Under the pieces are notes generated by a model. It did not search any database. It was not told the DNA's origin and worked only from the letters and a program-made list of their open reading frames with translations. Of a stretch of 64,000 nt of DNA, positions 28,273-41,913 are shown piece by piece. How positions within the stretch are numbered: the first letter of the stretch is position 1; each line of letters opens with the position of its first letter. Origin of the DNA: Octopus sinensis (Eukaryota); NCBI RefSeq assembly GCF_006345805.1, contig NC_043014.1, positions 10,416,001-10,480,000 of the forward strand. Reading direction: 5' to 3'. Both the position numbers and the translations under genes were made by a program.

Positions 28273-28314
<42 letters not shown>

Positions 28315-28547
28315 TATATATATATAATATATATGATAGATAGATAGATATATGTGTGTATGTATCGCATATATATATGTATATATGTCTAGATATATGA
28401 ATGTACAAGAAAAAATGGTAAAGACAGACATTTAGATAAATAGATAGATCGACAGATAGATAGATAGAAAGATAGATACATACATACATACATACATACA
28501 TACATACATACATACATACATAGGTAGGTAGGTAGGAAGGTAAATAC

Positions 28548-28640
<93 letters not shown>

Positions 28641-29319
28641 TTGATTATATGACCGTATAAATCCATAATTATAAATTATATGTTTATATGGAAAATGGAT
28701 TATTTTATGCGACGTTTGTTTCCAAATTGAACATTATATTTTGATTGTGCCCCATTAAGTTCGAACTAAAATTAATAAATATGTCATAGATTTATTTAGA
28801 GCAAGATAGGTACAACGAAAACACAATATCCACATATGTAAAGCAAAGGGAGGAATGAGAGGTGATGAAAGAGAAGCAGAGGAGAACAGGATGCGGGGGC
28901 GAGAACGATATGTGAAGAAAGGGGGAGAAAAATAAACAAAGTAGGGGGGGAATAAAAACAGACAAAAGGTAAAAACCAAACGAATAGAATGATCAAAGGA
29001 ACTTTTAGTAGAAAAATAAAATTGGCAGTAGATTTAAATTACGCAGAAAAATGTATGTATTTACGGAAAGATGAGGAAAGTGATGGAGTGTATTTAAAGT
29101 TCATACACAAATAAAATATTATGGAAAAGGTAATTGAGCTTATCTTATATTTTTCCATGTATTTTTTTATGATTTGTATTTTTAATTTGGATAATACTCT
29201 CAAATACGTCACTTGTTTTCTACAGCTCTATTCATTAATTCTTATTTCTGAAACAGTTATTTGATTAATATTTATCTGTACGTGATATTTCTTTTCTTAC
29301 TGAGAATTGTGTTATTATG

Positions 29320-29871
29320 GAGTGAGAGAGCAGCGCATGCTATCAAAGTGACCCTGGGGTACAAATATACGAATCTTAGTATACCTATCATGACTACCCT
29401 TCTGATAAGGGAACAACAGGCACATGCATCACGATCACATGTGTGCGACATGGTGATCTGATATCAAGATAAACAGTGCATAACATTGCAGGTGGGCCCC
29501 TATTAGAATTTTCGTCCGGTCGCGAAGCCCATCCTGCACAAAAGATCCTTTAATAAGGGTTATTTGAGGATGTTGAACGAAACACCCATGTTTCCAGAGG
29601 TGAATTATTCAAATGCCAAAGGCTTCCTTTCAACACACGGCTATGATGATCCCCCTCCACTTCTGCCCGTGATCAGAGATGCATATATCGTCAGCCAGCA
29701 ACAGAAATGCGCAACTGGTGAAGGTCAAACGACTGGCAAGCAAATTTTTTGTATTAAGCAGAGTATTTGCTGGAGCCCATCTTTTATACGAGGACAAAAC
29801 ACGTACATGATAACACTTCCAATCAGTTATGATCAGAAGCCACGAGAACCAGCGCTTTGCATTGCTCCAGA
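29320..29871 (-). mobile_element. 560-bp ORF-less (AAT)n-associated retroposon, diverged copy with a different 5' head
   Basis: Colinear with 48196-48750 on the opposite strand and adjacent to a long (ATT)n tract. Confidence 0.85.
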
Positions 29872-29955
<84 letters not shown>

Positions 29956-30004
29956 TATTATTATTGTTATTATTATTATTATTATTGTTATTATATTATT
30001 ATTA

Positions 30005-30042
<38 letters not shown>

Positions 30043-30061
30043 GTTATTAATATTATTATTA

Positions 30062-30126
<65 letters not shown>

Positions 30127-30129
<3 letters not shown>

Positions 30130-30467
30130 TAGTTTTATTTTTATATCGTGCTTTCACTTCACTACCGAGCGCAGCTCTGTCTACCTTGGGTATGTGTTGT
30201 GATTTTTTGTGATGCTCTGATAGTTATTGTATGGAAAGTGTTCTGCGTAGGATGTGTGCAGTGCCTAGTAGTGCAATTCCCTGTATGTTATATGTTTGTA
30301 AGTCCTGGTGTTTTTGTTATGTATTTGTCTGAATATTTTTTATCATGCCTAATGCACCTACTATGATAGGGATTGTTTCTGTTTTTAGATTCCACATTCT
30401 GGTTACCTCTATTTCCAGGTCTTTGCATTTTGAAAGTTTCTCCATTTCTTTTAGAGACACGTTGTCA
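30127..30467 (-). mobile_element. Dong-like family C 3' fragment (RLE C-terminus and 3'UTR)
   Basis: DNVSLKEMEKLSKCKDLEIEVTRMWNLKTETIPIIVGALG...PGLTNIYNIQGIALLGTAHILRRTLSIQ*, then an (AAT)n tail. Confidence 0.85.
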
Positions 30468-30506
30468 AGACGAAGAGCGCGATTCGATTGTAAGATATAT
30501 TATTAG

Positions 30507-30545
30507 TTGAACGATATTTCAACAGTATGTCTTTGTCAAGTTCAA
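30507..30545 (-). ncRNA. Minimal hammerhead-variant motif downstream of a Penelope ORF
   Basis: Minus strand TTGAAC-TTGACAA-AGACATACTGTT-GAAA-TATC-GTTCAA has a closing 6-bp stem but a non-canonical core. It sits about 210 nt 3' of the GIY-YIG stop, where pLTR hammerheads are expected. Confidence 0.4.
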
Positions 30546-31283
30546 AATAAGAAGTGACAAAATTTCAAAATTACAGAAAATGAAACGCAAAGTATGAACA
30601 AAAGCAACCAACGTCCATACGTTGATGGAATGACATTATCAGATTTTAAGTTACAATTTTATAACAGGCGAAAAGAAAAAGACAGACAAAAAAAAAACAG
30701 AAAAAAGAAGACGACAGAAAAAAAAGAAAGAAAAAAGAGAGAGAAGAATATTTATTTAAACAGCTTTGTATGAATTTGATGATATCTTATTCATTACTCC
30801 AGGGCGTGATGTCAATAACCTGCAAACATATTTCTCCTCATACATTCTGAGAAGTGAAAGTGAAGCAGATTCAGAATATCTTCTGAGAATATACAGTTTC
30901 AAGTCTTCTTCAAAGTTGCAACCTCTTGAAACGAAATGTTCAGCAAATTCTGTCGAACTACTGTTATTGTGCCTGACGTCGAATCTATGCCCATTAAACC
31001 TTTTGTTTGGTTGTTCCGTTGTGCAACCAACAAAAATTGTGTTTTGTGCATTCTGCAGCATACACCAAATGGGAATCTTTACATGTTCCACCTTCTGCAT
31101 AAATCGTAACAATTCTGTTATGATTTCTGATGGAATTCACTTCACTCATGTTGTTGCACAATGAACAGGGCTTACCTGTCTTGCGACTGTTCTTTAAGGT
31201 ACACCGTACAGATACTCCAATATTCGTTTTCTTGGAGTTAGATATAGAGGACAATAATCCTCTTATATTCTTACTCCTTCTAA

Positions 31284-31514
31284 GGCGGTGAGCTGGCAGA
31301 AACGTTAGCACGCCGGGCGAAATACTTAGCGGTATTTCGTCTGCCGTTACGTTCAGAGTTCAAATTCCGCCGAGGTCGACTTTGCCTTTCATCCTTTCGG
31401 GGTCGATAAATTAAGTACCAGTTACGCACTGGGGTCGATGTGATCGACTTAATCCGTATGTCTGTCCTTGTTTGTCCCCTCTGTTTTTAGCCCCTTGTGG
31501 GTAGTAAAGAAATA
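31284..31514 (+). mobile_element. SINE family 1 with 20-bp TSD inside the Penelope element
   Basis: TSD tatattcttactccttctaa at 31264-31283 and 31515-31534. Confidence 0.9.
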
Positions 31515-32904
31515 TATATTCTTACTCCTTCTAAAGGCTACAATAGGCGGCTGAGGAAATATCTGTTTGAAGCGAGGATATTTTTTGGCCACATGCTGGT
31601 AACTTTCATACAACGTTTTTGAAATGCCAGCGAAATGTCGGTGCCAGCTAATCACTAAAGGAATTCTGTCATCTATTGTATTGTGTTTCCTAAAATTATG
31701 CGTGTAGGTTTGACTATCTTTGCTAATCTTAGCTATTTCATTTCTAGGGGATTACTGGAAACATGCAAATGCTTTTGTATGTCATTATGGCAAACGCGGT
31801 TACAGTGAATCACGATTAAAGGAAATAGCAAATGAAATAGCTAAGATTAGCAAAAGTAGTCAAACCTACACGCATAATTTTAGCAAACAATACAATAGAT
31901 GACAGAATTCCTTTAGTGATTAGCTAGCACCGACATTTCGCTAGCATTTCAAAAGTATTGCATGAAAGTTACCAGCATGTGGCGAAAAAATATCCTCGCT
32001 TCAAACAGATATTTCCTCAGCCGCCGATTGTATCCCAGGTTTTACACAAAGACGAAACATATACATAACAATGATTACAATGTATTACAAAGAAGGCAGC
32101 GAGCTGCCGCAAACGTTAGCACGCCGGGCGAAATACTTAGCGGTATTTCGTCTGCCGTTACGTTCAGAGTTCAAATTCCGCCGAGGTCGACTTTGCCTTT
32201 CATCCTTTCGGGGTCGATAAATTAAGTACCAGTTACGCACTGGGGTCGATGTGATCGACTTAATCCGTATGTCTGTCCTTGTTTGTCCCCTCTGTTTTTA
32301 GCCCCTTGTGGGTAGTAAAGAAATATATATTCTTACTCCTTCTAAAGGCTACAATAGGCGGCTGAGGAAATATCTGTTTGAAGCGAGGATATTTTTTGGC
32401 CACATGCTGGTAACTTTCATACAACGTTTTTGAAATGCCAGCGAAATGTCGGTGCCAGCTAATCACTAAAGGAATTCTGTCATCTATGTATTGTGTTTCC
32501 TAAAATTATGCGTGTAGGTTTGACTATCTTGCTAATCTTAGCTATTTCATTTCTAGGGGATTACTGGAAACATGCAAATGCTTTTGTATGTCATTATGGC
32601 AAACGCGGTTACAGTGAATCACGATTAAAGGAAATAGCAAATGAAATAGCTAAGATTAGCAAAGGTAGTCAAACCTACACGCATAATTTTAGCAAACAAT
32701 ACAATAGATGACAGAATTCCTTTAGTGATTAGCTAGCACCGACATTTCGCTAGCATTTCAAAAGTATTGCATGAAAGTTACCAGCATGTGGCGAAAAAAT
32801 ATCCTCGCTTCAAACAGATATTTCCTCAGCCGCCGATTGTATCCCAGGTTTTACACAAAGACGAAACATATACATAACAATGATTACAATGTATTACAAA
32901 GAAA
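31284..32904. repeat. 811-bp tandem duplication bounded by SINEs
   Basis: 31284-32094 is repeated at 32095-32904 with very few differences. Confidence 0.9.
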
Positions 32905-33505
32905 GGCAGCGAGCTGCCGCAAACGTTAGCACGCCGGACGAAATGCGTAGCCGTATTTCGTCTGCCGCTACGTTCTATGTTCAAATTCCGCCGAGGTCGA
33001 CTTTGCCTTTCATCCTTTTGGGGTCGATTAAGTAAGTACCAGTTGCGCACTGGGATCGATGTAATCGACTTAATCCCTTTGTCTGTCCTTGTTTGTCCCC
33101 TCCGTGTTTAACCCCTTGTGGGTGGTAAAGAAATAGGTATTTTGCCCGTCGCTATGTTCTGAGTTCAATTTCCGCCGAGGTCGTCTTTGCCTTTCATCCT
33201 TTCGGGGTCGATAAATTAAGTACCAGTTGTGCACTGGGGTCGATGTAATCGACTTGATCCCTTTGTCTGTCCTTGTTTGTCCCCTCCGTGTTTAACCCCT
33301 TGTGGGTAGTAAAGAAATAGGTATTTCGTCTGCCCCTACGTTCTGAGTTCAAATTCCGCCGAGGTCGACTTTGCCTTTCATCCTTTCGGGGTCGATTAAT
33401 TAAGTACCAGTTATGCACTGGGATCGATGTAATCGACTTAATCCCTTTGTCTGCCTTGTTTGTCCCCTCTGTGTTTAGCCCCTTGTGGGTAATAAAGAAA
33501 CAAAT
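32905..33505 (+). mobile_element. SINE family 1 trimer (one head plus head-less repeats)
   Basis: Units restart at ggtattt after aaagaaata. TSD acaatgtattacaa at about 32887 and 33507. Confidence 0.9.
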
Positions 33506-34266
33506 AACAATGTATTACAATGTCAACCAGCCGTCACCAAGCAATTTCTTACCGATAGGGGCCAGCCATGGCTGTGTGTTTAAGGAGCTTGTTCTGCAAC
33601 TGCGTCGTTCCGGTTTCAGTCCCACTCGATGGCATTGTTCCTCAGTAAGTAACTTCTACAAAAAGCGGAAGAAATTTTAATCAAAACAGGGAACAATTTA
33701 GTTCATACAGACACCCTCTTAATTCGTTCATTCAGATAACTGGATTTTGAAATATTTCCCTCTATTAAACTTTTAGCCTCAGAGATTATAGTAAATTCTC
33801 CATTTTAAAAATTTGTTGTCCCTTTAGTATATTGGACTTGCAACAAGCCGAATATACATACAAGTTTGGTAGACAAAACTTTAATATACATATACATGTT
33901 TCATTCTATATATAAACATATAAACCGAAACCATTTACAAAATGGTATTTGCTGAATATTTTGATATAATTAACTTCATGGTCGAATTAGATTTTGCGTC
34001 ACTTCATGTTTGAGTTGTTTTACCATCATGAGAATTTTGTCAAGAACTGAAACATAATTCAATCAGTTTAATAGGATGCGGGTAAACATGAATTCACCAG
34101 ACACTTGGTCATTCGATTCTCGCTTCCGACATACCGCATTGCCGTTTTTCTGTGCGCGCGCATATACATTCACAGATTTAAGTTTAATGCGTTTACATAT
34201 GTGTGTGTATGTATTTGTTGTGTTCATGTGCCTGTACATATATATATTATATATATATATATATAT

Positions 34267-34300
<34 letters not shown>

Positions 34301-34329
34301 GATAGATAGATATATAGATAAATAGATAA

Positions 34330-34391
<62 letters not shown>

Positions 34392-35199
34392 GTGTGTATT
34401 TTCCCTTGTTAAAAATTAACACGCAAATAATATACAAATAGTTACCAGAGTAGCAAAAAGTCACACAAGTAAAAAGGTTCTGACTCCTTATATTTAAAGA
34501 ATGGAACTTCGGGTTTACGTGAAATATTTTGTATAATACATATATAAATAAATAAATGGAATTAAACGCAGGTATTATTCAAATTCTTTTACTTCCGACA
34601 CATGTTTCGAAAGAGAGAGAGAGAGAGATAGGTATATTTGAAAAAATAAAAAGAACTTCACTGGTAGTTCTAATCAGTTTAATTTATTATTTTCTAATTT
34701 TTGAGGTAAAATAAATTTTAGCTCATATATCTAGTGAGTTCTTTGTTAACTTGGGGTGGGAAGGTTTTTTTCTAAAAATTCCTTGTTAACTTTTCTGGAA
34801 AACTTTCTCGCATTCGTTGTCAAACAGGTCTGAAGATTTGTGGTTTTATTATTCTCTATATGGGATTTGGGCATGTTTGGCGTGGGGCTGCGGTTTGTTA
34901 AACAGTGTAGGAGTGAGCGTAGTGAATGGACAACACATGATACTTGAATGGGGGTGGGAGGTGGAGGTGGGAGTTGTTGGGGGTGTTAAGGGAATGTTTC
35001 GTGAAGCCATTTGAATAGTCAGAAATCTAATTACCACATGTTTTTTCAAATTCTTTCTTTCAGTAATTTTCTATGTTGTAGGTGTGTGTTTGGGGTGGTG
35101 GTGTTAATGAGGTGTAAGATACAGGTCTTTTGATTAAAATTTTTGTTGATAGAAGTATTTTTTTTATATACATTCTTTGGATTGGGAGGGTTGGTGAAG

Positions 35200-35500
35200 G
35201 AGATCATCAAAGTCAATGCAAACATGAATTGCAAAACGTAAAACTTAATTTACTGTGCAACTGTGTAAAGAGTACTGTATCGGTGAAACCGGAACTAAAC
35301 TACATGACAGAGTTCGTGTACACAAACAACAAATTAAAGGCCCCTCTATCAGAAACACCACTGGCAGTGGCCACTTCGCATCATGCGGAAAGGTGAAATT
35401 CACAATCTTCTTTCAGTTACTGTGGGACAACGATCATTTCCGGAAATATAAAGAATTCTTCATCCGGAGGTACAAACCATTACTGAACACACACAAAAAA
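35200..35500 (+). mobile_element. Penelope-like GIY-YIG endonuclease fragment (second family)
   Basis: NMNCKT*NLIY..C.LCKEYCIGETGTKLHDRVRVHKQQI....SGHFASC matches the (V/L)IY...YIG...R..H layout of PLE endonucleases. Confidence 0.8.
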
Positions 35501-35611
35501 ATTATGATGATGGCTGGAAGTATTACATAAAAATTAAGTACCATGAAACAATCGTGTGTGTGTGCGTATGTGTATATTGTGTATGTAATAATAATAATAA
35601 TAATAATAATA

Positions 35612-35675
<64 letters not shown>

Positions 35676-35684
35676 AATAATAAT

Positions 35685-35900
35685 GGCTTGAAATTTTGGC
35701 TGGAGGCCAAGTTCATAGGATGGGGCTGGTCGATTTCATTAGCCCAAGTGTTCAGTTGGTAATCATTTTATCAACCTGAAACGTTGAACAGCAAAATCGC
35801 CCCAGGTGTAATTTGAATTCAGAATTTAAAGACGGATGAAATTGCTGCTAAGCGATTTGTGCGGCGTGCTAAGGATTCTGTTCCTCGTCCGTTTCACTGG
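35685..35900 (-). mobile_element. SINE family 1, diverged
   Basis: Reverse complement of the head and core. Confidence 0.65.
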
Positions 35901-36029
35901 TACTTAATTCACCCACCATGAAAGGAGAAAAGATTAAGTCCACCTCGACGGAACAGGAAGAGGGCGAATTGTCTCTCAGTATTTTGCCCTGCAGCCTAGC
36001 GATTATGCGAGCATGCGACCTTAATAATA

Positions 36030-36220
36030 GTAGTGGCTGTGTGGTAAGTAGCTTGCTGACCAGCCACATGATTCATGGGCCAGTCCCACTGCGTGGCACC
36101 TTGGGCGAGTTCTTTCTTCTATAGCCTCGGGCCGACCAAAGCCTTGTAAGTTGATCTGGTAGACGAAAACCGAAAAAAAATCCCGTCGTATATATGTATA
36201 TGTATATATATTTTGTGTAT

Positions 36221-36264
<44 letters not shown>

Positions 36265-36495
36265 GTGTGTGTCTTTGTGTGTCTTTGTTTGTATCTCCCA
36301 ACATCGCTTGACAACCGATGCTGATGTGTTTACGTCCCCGTAACTTAGCCCTTCAGCGAAAGAGAAAGATAGAATAAGTACTAGGCTTACAAAGAATCAG
36401 TCCTAGGGTCGTTTTTGCTCGACTAAAGTCGGTGCTCCAGCATGGCCGCAGTCAAATGACTGAAACAACAAGTAAAAGAGAAAACAAGTAAAAGA
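36030..36495 (+). mobile_element. SINE family 2
   Basis: gtggctgtgtggtaagtagcttgct head through gactgaaacaa tail. Confidence 0.85.
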
Positions 36496-36522
36496 ATAAT
36501 AATAATGTTAATAATAATAATG

Positions 36523-36580
<58 letters not shown>

Positions 36581-36599
36581 TAATAATAATAATAATAAT

Positions 36600-36815
36600 A
36601 ATCCTTTTTCATATAGGCATCAGGCCTGATATTGTGGGAGAGAGGCATAGACGATTACATCGACACCAGAGTTCCACTGTTATTCAATGTATCGACCCCG
36701 GAGGATAGAAGATAAAGTCGACCTCGGCGGAATTTGATCTCAGTACGGAGCGACGGGCGAAACACCGCTAAGCATTTCGACCAGTGTGTTAACGATTCTG
36801 CCAGCTCGCAGCCTT
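36600..36815 (-). mobile_element. SINE family 1
   Basis: Reverse complement of the head and core (aaagtcgacctcggcggaatttga). Confidence 0.75.
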
Positions 36816-36838
36816 TTTTTTTTTTTAATTTATGTATT

Positions 36839-36990
36839 AGACATTCACTAGTACAACACCAAAGAAAAAAAACAAATATATGGCACACTTGGCATAGCAA
36901 CAACGTGAACTTCCAACCTGTTGTCTCTTGCGGTCTCTGGGTGAGACTTGGAGCCAACTTGTACAGACATAAAGCAAAAGTCAAACATAG
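36839..36990 (+). mobile_element. Dong-like family B 3'UTR with (AAT)n tail
   Basis: Same sequence as 47761-47909 and the reverse complement of 61017-61150. Confidence 0.8.
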
Positions 36991-37006
36991 AATAATAATA
37001 ATAATC

Positions 37007-37041
<35 letters not shown>

Positions 37042-37224
37042 CAGGACTTACAAACACATATAACATACAGAAAATTGCACTACTAGGCACTGCACACATC
37101 CTACGCAGAACACTTTCCATACAATAACCATCAGAGCATCACAAAAATTCACAGCACATACCCAAGGCACACAGAGCTGCGCTCGGTAGTGAAGTGAAAG
37201 CACGCTATAAAAATAAAACTACTG
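37042..37224 (+). mobile_element. Dong-like family C 3' end between (AAT)n tracts
   Basis: GLTNTYNIQKIALLGTAHILRRTLSIQ* plus the 3'UTR shared with 30127-30467. Confidence 0.85.
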
Positions 37225-37238
37225 AATAATAATAATAA

Positions 37239-37269
<31 letters not shown>

Positions 37270-37319
37270 AAGAAGAAGAAGAAGAAGAAGAAGAAGAAGA
37301 AGAAGAGAAGAAGAAGAAG

Positions 37320-37351
<32 letters not shown>

Positions 37352-37360
37352 TAATATAAC

Positions 37361-37396
<36 letters not shown>

Positions 37397-37916
37397 TCAT
37401 CTCTCATTGGTTTATGAGCACTTAGATCAGAATCAAACGACAATGTACAAATTATTCTTCGTAAATTATGATAGATTTGAGCATTTGAATGGAAATTCGT
37501 TATTCACTCTTGTATTCCGGCTTGAAAGAATACCCCACCTTCAGAAAATGGCCAAACTTTTGCCTATAATATGCTTTTAGAATCATTTGCTGTTTTAAAT
37601 TCATACGTGAAGCCCATGAGATGTTAGTTGTGTTAACCTAAATGTGCTGAGCTAGTCAATTGTACTTTTATCGACTTATCTAATCTTAACTATTACCTGC
37701 ACGTTTTTTTTTTCGGGGGATATATAGGGGCGAAGATTTGCTTTTCTCAATTGGCTTTCCCAGTATCTATTTTTTTTTTTCAAACGTCATGAAAATGAAG
37801 AAAATCATTTTTCGCCATTCCTCATGAGAAAAACGCGACTTTCTTTTAATATTCCATATGTATTTGTTTTCTCTCTCGGGAATATAAATCACTGCCACAA
37901 ATTTTATCATTGTTCC

Positions 37917-37968
<52 letters not shown>

Positions 37969-37974
37969 ATTATT

Positions 37975-38040
<66 letters not shown>

Positions 38041-38657
38041 TTTGATGTCGTTGTTGTTGTTGTTGTTGTCGTCGTTATAACATTTCAGAAGCGTTTGCTT
38101 TCATCTTCGAAATTCGTCCATTTTTTTTTCTAAGAATTTCTGTCGCGTTTTGATTTTTCTTTTACTCTTTCCCCAATTTCCTTTCACCATTCCTCGTCTC
38201 CGATCGCTTTTCTTTGTAGGCATAAAATTCTATTTGATTTGTAGCTCTTATTCTCCTAATAATGATGTATAATGAACACATTTAGTAATTATGCGTATCT
38301 GAAAACATAACATATATATATACATATATTTACATACATATATATATATATTCATATATGCGTATATATATATATATATGCACATATATACATTTACATA
38401 TATATATATACATACATATATACCTATATGTAAATGTATAAAAATATAAGTGTATGAATATATGTATATACATATATATACTTATGTATATATACGTATA
38501 TAAGTATACATATATATATATTTATACATAAACATATATATACATATATGAATATATATATGTATATATATATATATATGCGTATGTATGCATATGTATA
38601 TATATATATGTATATATATGTTATATTCATATATATATATATTCATACATACATTAT

Positions 38658-38690
<33 letters not shown>

Positions 38691-39073
38691 GTGTGTGTAT
38701 GTAAATATATGTCGGTACTTTTTTATACTTTTTGAAGTTTTTTCTATGTGTCTTCGTTCGGTTCATTTATCTTCTTTGTATACAACCGTTCCTTGTATTT
38801 TTCGTTGTATTTTTCTAGGCCTTGTCTATCACTTGCTTCACCTGTTCTTCCTATACATATTACCGATTTTTATGTCTCCTACTAACCTCGTTTCAATTGC
38901 TTATTTATATTTGCTTTCACAATTTATCGGCCAACGAACCTATTTATCTACCTATTTCTATTTATCGATCTATCTATCTATTTATCTCTATCGCTACCTA
39001 TCATTTTGCACAAACATAAACATACATATATACATATGTGTGTGTGTGTGTGTATGTATATATAAGCTGTATA

Positions 39074-39135
<62 letters not shown>

Positions 39136-39164
39136 TATATGTATATATACACACAAACATATAC

Positions 39165-39520
39165 AGTCTTCTACTAAAGCCTCGGGACGACCAAAGATTT
39201 GTGAGTGGATTTGGTATGCGGAAACCGAAAGAATCCCGTTGTAGATATATATATATGTATATATGTGTATGTGTGTGTTTGTGAGTGTGTGTGTGTGTAT
39301 GTGTGTGCGTGTGCATGTATGTTTGTGTCTGTGTTTGTCCCGCATCATCGCTTGACAACTAAGTTTGGTGTGTTTACGTCCCTGTAACTTAGCGGTTCGG
39401 CAAAACAACGATATAATAAGTTCTAGGCTTACAAAGAATAAGTACTTGGGTCGATTTCTTTTACTAAAGGCAGTGTTCCATCATGCTGCAGTCAAATTTC
39501 TGAAACAAATAAAAGAATAT
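39165..39520 (+). mobile_element. SINE family 2, 5'-truncated
   Basis: Body and tail match the family. Confidence 0.75.
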
Positions 39521-39539
39521 ATATATAGATTATATATAT

Positions 39540-39626
<87 letters not shown>

Positions 39627-39639
39627 ATTCTTTTCTAAT

Positions 39640-39835
39640 CTATGTTCGAAATTTGTGGGGAGGTGGCCAGTCGATTAAATTGCCCCAGTACGCAACTGAT
39701 AGTCAATTTATCGACCCCGAAATGAAGAAATGCAAAGTCGACCTCAATGGAATTTGAACTCAGAACTTTAAGACAGGCGAAATACCGTTAAGTATTTCGC
39801 CCGGCGTTCTAACGTCTCTGCCAGCAAACTGCCTT
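39640..39835 (-). mobile_element. SINE family 1
   Basis: Reverse complement of the head and core. Confidence 0.75.
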
Positions 39836-39931
39836 GTGTGTGTGTGTGTGTGTAGTACAGATATATATATATATATATATACCATTCAATAATAATGATA
39901 ACAATACTACTACTACTACTACTACTACTAC

Positions 39932-39969
<38 letters not shown>

Positions 39970-40015
39970 TAATAATAATAATAAAATTAATAATGATAAT
40001 AATAATAATAATAAT

Positions 40016-40600
40016 CCACGGACATGACAGTGTTAGGGCCTGTATACACTGGAAGTTACGCTAACACTATTGAATGACAGAAAAGAGATGGTATAGGCAC
40101 ACACAGGAAAAATCTCAAGAAAAGAAAAAGCACCCATACTCTGGGATATGCTTATACATACAGATAGAGAAATGAAGGCAAATAGACTGGATAAAGACAT
40201 CAGAGATCACTAAGAAGAAAGTACTTTCTAATTGTCGTATCAATACCAAGAGATGGCTATGTATTTCTAAAAGAAATAGAGAAACTTTCAATAATACAAA
40301 GATCTAGAAATGGACGTAATCCGAATGTTGACCCCTAAAACAGAACCAATCCCTATAATAATAGATGCATTAAGCATGATTAGAAAACATTCAGTCAAAT
40401 ACATAACCAATACACCATGACTTACTAATATATATATAACATACAGAAAACAGCACTGCTATGCACCGTGCACGTCCTACATAAAATAATTTCATCATAA
40501 TGAAAATAAGAGCATCACAACAAACCACAGCACATACCCAAGGCACACTGAGCTGCCATCTGTAGTGCAGTGAAAACACGTGATAAAAATAAGATTACTG
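40016..40600 (+). mobile_element. Dong-like family C, older 3' fragment (RHD to end) between (AAT)n tracts
   Basis: HGHDSVRACIHWKL, ILWDM.IHTDREMKANRLD and YKDLEMDV motifs, plus the family-C 3'UTR. Confidence 0.8.
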
Positions 40601-40699
40601 AATAATAATAATAACGAGAGCAACATTAACTACAGATAATTAAATCAAACAATAAAGCATCGTATCTATAATTCGTTTATTCTTTTATTCTTTTATACT

Positions 40700-41075
40700 T
40701 TTACTTGTTTTGGTGATTTCACTGCGGCCTTTCTAGAGCACCGCATTTAGTCGAACAAATCGATCCCAGGACTTATCCTTTGTAAGCCTAGTACTTATTA
40801 TATCGGTATCTTTTGCAGAACCGCTAAGTTACGGGGACGTAAGCACACCAACATCGATTGTCAAGCGATCGTGGGGGACAAACACAGACACACAAATACA
40901 TACATACAAACACGCGCACATACGACGGGCTTCTTTCAGTTTCCGTCTACCAAATCCACTCATAAGTCTTTGGTCGGCCCGCGGCTATAGTAGAAGACAC
41001 ATGCCCAAGTTGCCACGCAGTGGACCGAACCTGGAACCGTGTGGTTGTCAATGAAACCTCTTATCACACAACCAT
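40700..41075 (-). mobile_element. SINE family 2
   Basis: Reverse complement of the family body. Confidence 0.8.
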
Positions 41076-41399
41076 TCAGTTTTTTTTTTGAGCAGATAAA
41101 GCATAGATGTTTTGGATGCAAAAATGGAAAACAAAATCTCAGCAAAAGAGAGCCGCAAGAAAAACAGATCCTATTAGTTTGTTAAACAGACGATCAAAAC
41201 AGGAAAATACATTTCCGGAAATATAAAAGGAAAGAACGTAAGAACGTTTAGCGGTTTTCTGAATAATATTCGCAATATCCTACATATGTATGCTTCATAT
41301 CAGTCAAGGATTGCAAGCGTCCATTGCTACCATTTATCCGATAAACATATAACTAGGTTATGAAAAAATTGAAAAATGTTATATATGTTATATATGATA

Positions 41400-41569
41400 G
41401 GCGCAGGAGTGGCTCTGTGGTAAGTAGCTTGCTAACCAACCACATGGTTCCGGGTTCAGTCCCACTGCGTGGCATCTTGGGCAAGTGTCTTCTGCTATAG
41501 GCCCCGGGCCGACCAATGCCTTGTGAGTGGATTTGGTAGACGGAAACTGAAAGAAGCCTGTCGTATATA

Positions 41570-41609
<40 letters not shown>

Positions 41610-41815
41610 TTTGTGTGTCTGTGTTTGTTCCCCTAACATTGCTTGACAACCGATGCTGGTGTGTTTACGTCCGCGTCACCTAGCGGTTCGGCAAAAGAGA
41701 CCGATAGAATAAGTACTGGGCTTACAAGGAATAAGTCCTGGGGTCGATTTGTTCGACTAAAGGCGGTGCTCCAGCATGGCCGCAGTCGAATGACTGAAAC
41801 AAGTAAAAAAGAAAA
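41400..41815 (+). mobile_element. SINE family 2, full length (tRNA head, internal microsatellite)
   Basis: A box tggctctgtgg, B box ggttcagtccc, cttgggcaagtgtct core, (TA)n, tail ending gaaacaagtaaaa. Confidence 0.9.
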
Positions 41816-41913
41816 AAAAATGTCCAGTTGTTTTTGTCTATGTGAAGTATCACTTGTCTGTGTTCTGTGTGGTGTCGAAGGTATATGATTATTATCTCAG
41901 GTTTGGTTTCGTG

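Larger units (their letters stand above)
30470..32031 (-). mobile_element. Penelope-like element 3' part (thumb/linker plus GIY-YIG endonuclease) with inverted 5' end
   Basis: RIPLVISWH...FPQPPIVAFRRSKNIR linker, a CxxC, and CKDSHLVYAAECTKH...FVGCTT....RFNGHR. A plus-strand inverted piece 31750-32031 carries KRGYSE. A SINE is inserted at 31284. Confidence 0.85.
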
